Positions 61,622 through 64,000 of a DNA stretch of 64,000 nt are shown here, piece after piece. Every line of letters starts with the position of its first letter. Position 1 is the first letter of the stretch. The position numbers were made by a program, and so were the translations under genes. This DNA is from Amoebophrya sp. A120 (lineage: Eukaryota; Protista; Dinoflagellata): NCBI GenBank assembly GCA_905178155.1, contig CAJINV010000001.1:9631865-9695864 (forward strand). The letters are read 5' to 3'. A model generated the notes under the pieces. It searched no databases and was not told where the DNA came from. It worked only from the letters and a program-made list of their open reading frames with translations.

Positions 61622-64000
61622 TCAAACCATAGGAATGTCAACTAATTCACATTTGATACCGTCACCTGCAAATGACAAAGTCCGCTTGATGACACCGCGA
61701 TTCGTGTACCCGGCTAAAACGTCGTCACAGTCTCGCGCGGTAAAACCACGGCTGACAGCTTCCGATTTTATCTCCCTGACCAGAACTGAAGCCCCCAGCG
61801 ACACCTGTTCGTTATGGTTTTATCGGTTGGGTATTTAAAACAAGCTTGAAGCTTGTACTGTTTTGACTATCGCGTCCAGAAAAACAAGAACGTATTCTAT
61901 TTCATTCAAGCAAACCCAAGCAAATGATTGCACCTCAAGCAGTTTCTTCCGAATGATGCCCCAAACGCTGTTCTCCATCGGGTGATCGTTGTCCTCTTCC
62001 GCAGCTGCCTTGGAATCACCATCACGGTGTGCATCATCAGCCTGGTTGGCTTCGTCCGAATGCAACAGATTTGTCTTTCTGGCTGGAGGTCGAGCGCTGC
62101 TGCTGGACGCTCCGTTCGAAGTTGGTAGCTGCCCAGGCAAGCGGCTGCTGTTTTTCAAACTGCTGCTACCGAGACCGCCCCTGGTGGCGGAGGCGGATCC
62201 GAACGCCGGATCGGTGTCAAGTAAATCCAGCTGGTTCGATAAAATAATTCCGCTTCCCGTCGTGCTCTTCTTCGTGTTCGCAAAACTAGAAGAGGAGGAG
62301 CTTGAGCTGCCTCCCCCTGCCCCCAGCTCCTCTCCATTGTTTTCGCTACTGCTTCCGCTACTCGAAGACACAGCACCAGCCACGTCCGCGTCGCGGATCG
62401 GGGCTTTGATGCCTGCGGCTGTCTTCTCTTTTTTCTGGATCCGATCTGCAAGCTCGCGCTTCGCTGCGGCTCGTTTCTCTGTCGCAAGTTGATGCTGGAT
62501 GACAACCTCGGCCTCGACTGTGTCCCGTGTCACGAACCGCCACACGTGAACTGTTTTTTTCTGGCCGTAGCGTCTCGCCCTACCAATAGCTTGTGTCTCG
62601 TAGGCAAGAGACTTTGCGAACGTTGTTGCGACTGTGTGAAGTTTGATTTTGAATTTGCATTCTTCTTCTATGATCTACTTCTACATTGATTTCCGCACTT
62701 CGCTTTGGACTTGCTTCTCGTCGAAAAAAATTACGTGCAAAAAGTCTTGAAATGAGTGTACCCATGGGATGCGCGAAGAGAATGTGATTGGCGCTTGTCA
62801 GATTCGCACCAGAAGCGTTATTTTCGAAGGACATGACGAGAATTCGCGGCACACCACGCGGAATGACCTGCCCGGTTTTGTACGTGACTTGAAAGTCCTT
62901 CAAAATTTGCGCCTTTCTCATTCCCGAGCCCCAAAGTGTCGTGTAGGGAAGCTTGTATCCTTCGAATGCGCTTTCGATCTTTTCCTCAATGAGTTTCCAT
63001 TGAGCAAAGACGATGCATTTTGCACTCGGGTCGTCCTCCAAAATTTTCTGCAACACGAGAATCATCGACTGGATCTTGCTACCGTATTTCTTGTAGGCCA
63101 GCGGCTTGTCCCGCTGGGCGCTGCGCTCTTCGTGTCGCGCTTCGTGCCCGAACTCCGCATTGTACAACTTCAATTTTCCCCAACTCGTTTGCAAGTGTTC
63201 CTCCTGCAGGTTTACCTTCTTCGCTACGAATTTTGGTTTATTTGCCGTGCTTTTGTTGGCCGAACCCTTCTTCCTTTGCTGTTCCCGTTGCTCAATTTCG
63301 GCTTCCATTTTCCGAATCCCCTCCGCTTCGTTTGCGATGTCGCACAAGTCGGTCAGTTTCAGGTTTCGATTATTGCACGTCGGACACTTTCCGTACCTCT
63401 TAATCGAATCTTCCAAGCAGGCTTTGCAGAACGCGTGCCCGCATGGCGTCAAACGGATGTCTGACACGGCGAACTCCCCGCACTCGTAGGCAATTTGGGT
63501 GCCGTTCGGCTTCGCCTCGTCCATACAAACAGGACACTCAAATTTGATAGACTCGTCCTCCGCTGCTAACGCCTCAGGCGGGTTACTGGCTTCGCCCTGG
63601 TGCCCTCCTGCCGTCTGGTGGTCTCCTTGTGCGTCCGCGCTTCTCGTCTTAGACATGCCGTGCCGGGGCACAAAGGCCTTCATTGTGCGGCAGAAGAAGG
63701 AGAACGGCTGGAAAGCCGGTTTCAATTCCACGTTGAGACGGCGCTCAAAGTTCTGCAAGCCATACTCGTACACCTGGCGAACCAGCTGCGGACCGGGTCC
63801 CTTCCCTTCGCCGTGTCCGGGGCGGCCCGGAACGGTTTCTCGAACCTCGTCGTGTCTCTCTACGATCACGGGGTTGTTGTTGGCGTTCACCGGCGGGCCC
63901 TTTTTCTTGCCTTTTCCCTTTGCTCCCGCCTTCCCCTTCTGCTGAGCTCCGCCGTCTCCGTCGCGGGGTACATTATTTTGAGCCGCTTGCAACTGCAGGT
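61622..64000 (-). CDS. SNF2-RING ATPase, tandem paralog copy 2 (3' part only; runs off the window)
   Basis: RING CPVC..CGHAFCKAC..CPTC, YGSKIQSMILVLQKILEDDPSAKCIVFAQW, ASGANLTSANHILFAHPM and WRFVTRDTVE. Intron positions after AHPM and before the last exon match copy 1. Confidence 0.88.

Noticed and set aside
49-63945. Numerous plus-strand ORFs (e.g. 585-1481, 46407-47489, 58260-59657)
   Set aside because: They are antisense shadows of minus-strand coding regions and show no recognisable motifs.

Overview
This is eukaryotic genomic DNA. About 11 mostly intron-containing genes all lie on the minus strand. They encode low-complexity-rich proteins and carry both canonical GT-AG introns and non-canonical transposon-like introns. 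The pattern best fits a syndinian dinoflagellate such as Amoebophrya (A120-like); that is an inference, not a database result. Recognisable genes are PDCD2, sideroflexin, a peptidase C45 Ntn-hydrolase, an EEP/sphingomyelinase-like membrane protein, and two tandem SNF2-RING ATPases of DNMT5 type. There is also a giant (~5,800 aa) disordered protein and a decayed LINE reverse transcriptase. The most striking system is five TAT...ATA terminal-inverted-repeat elements, each with an exact 5-bp target-site duplication (TSD), sitting inside coding exons. Removing each element plus one TSD copy restores the reading frame, yet none can be spliced as GT-AG. Their TIRs differ, but all five carry a GT(C/G/A)ATGC core motif. 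One is a 1.25-kb composite packed with hairpins. Exon models were built by hand and need RNA-seq confirmation.
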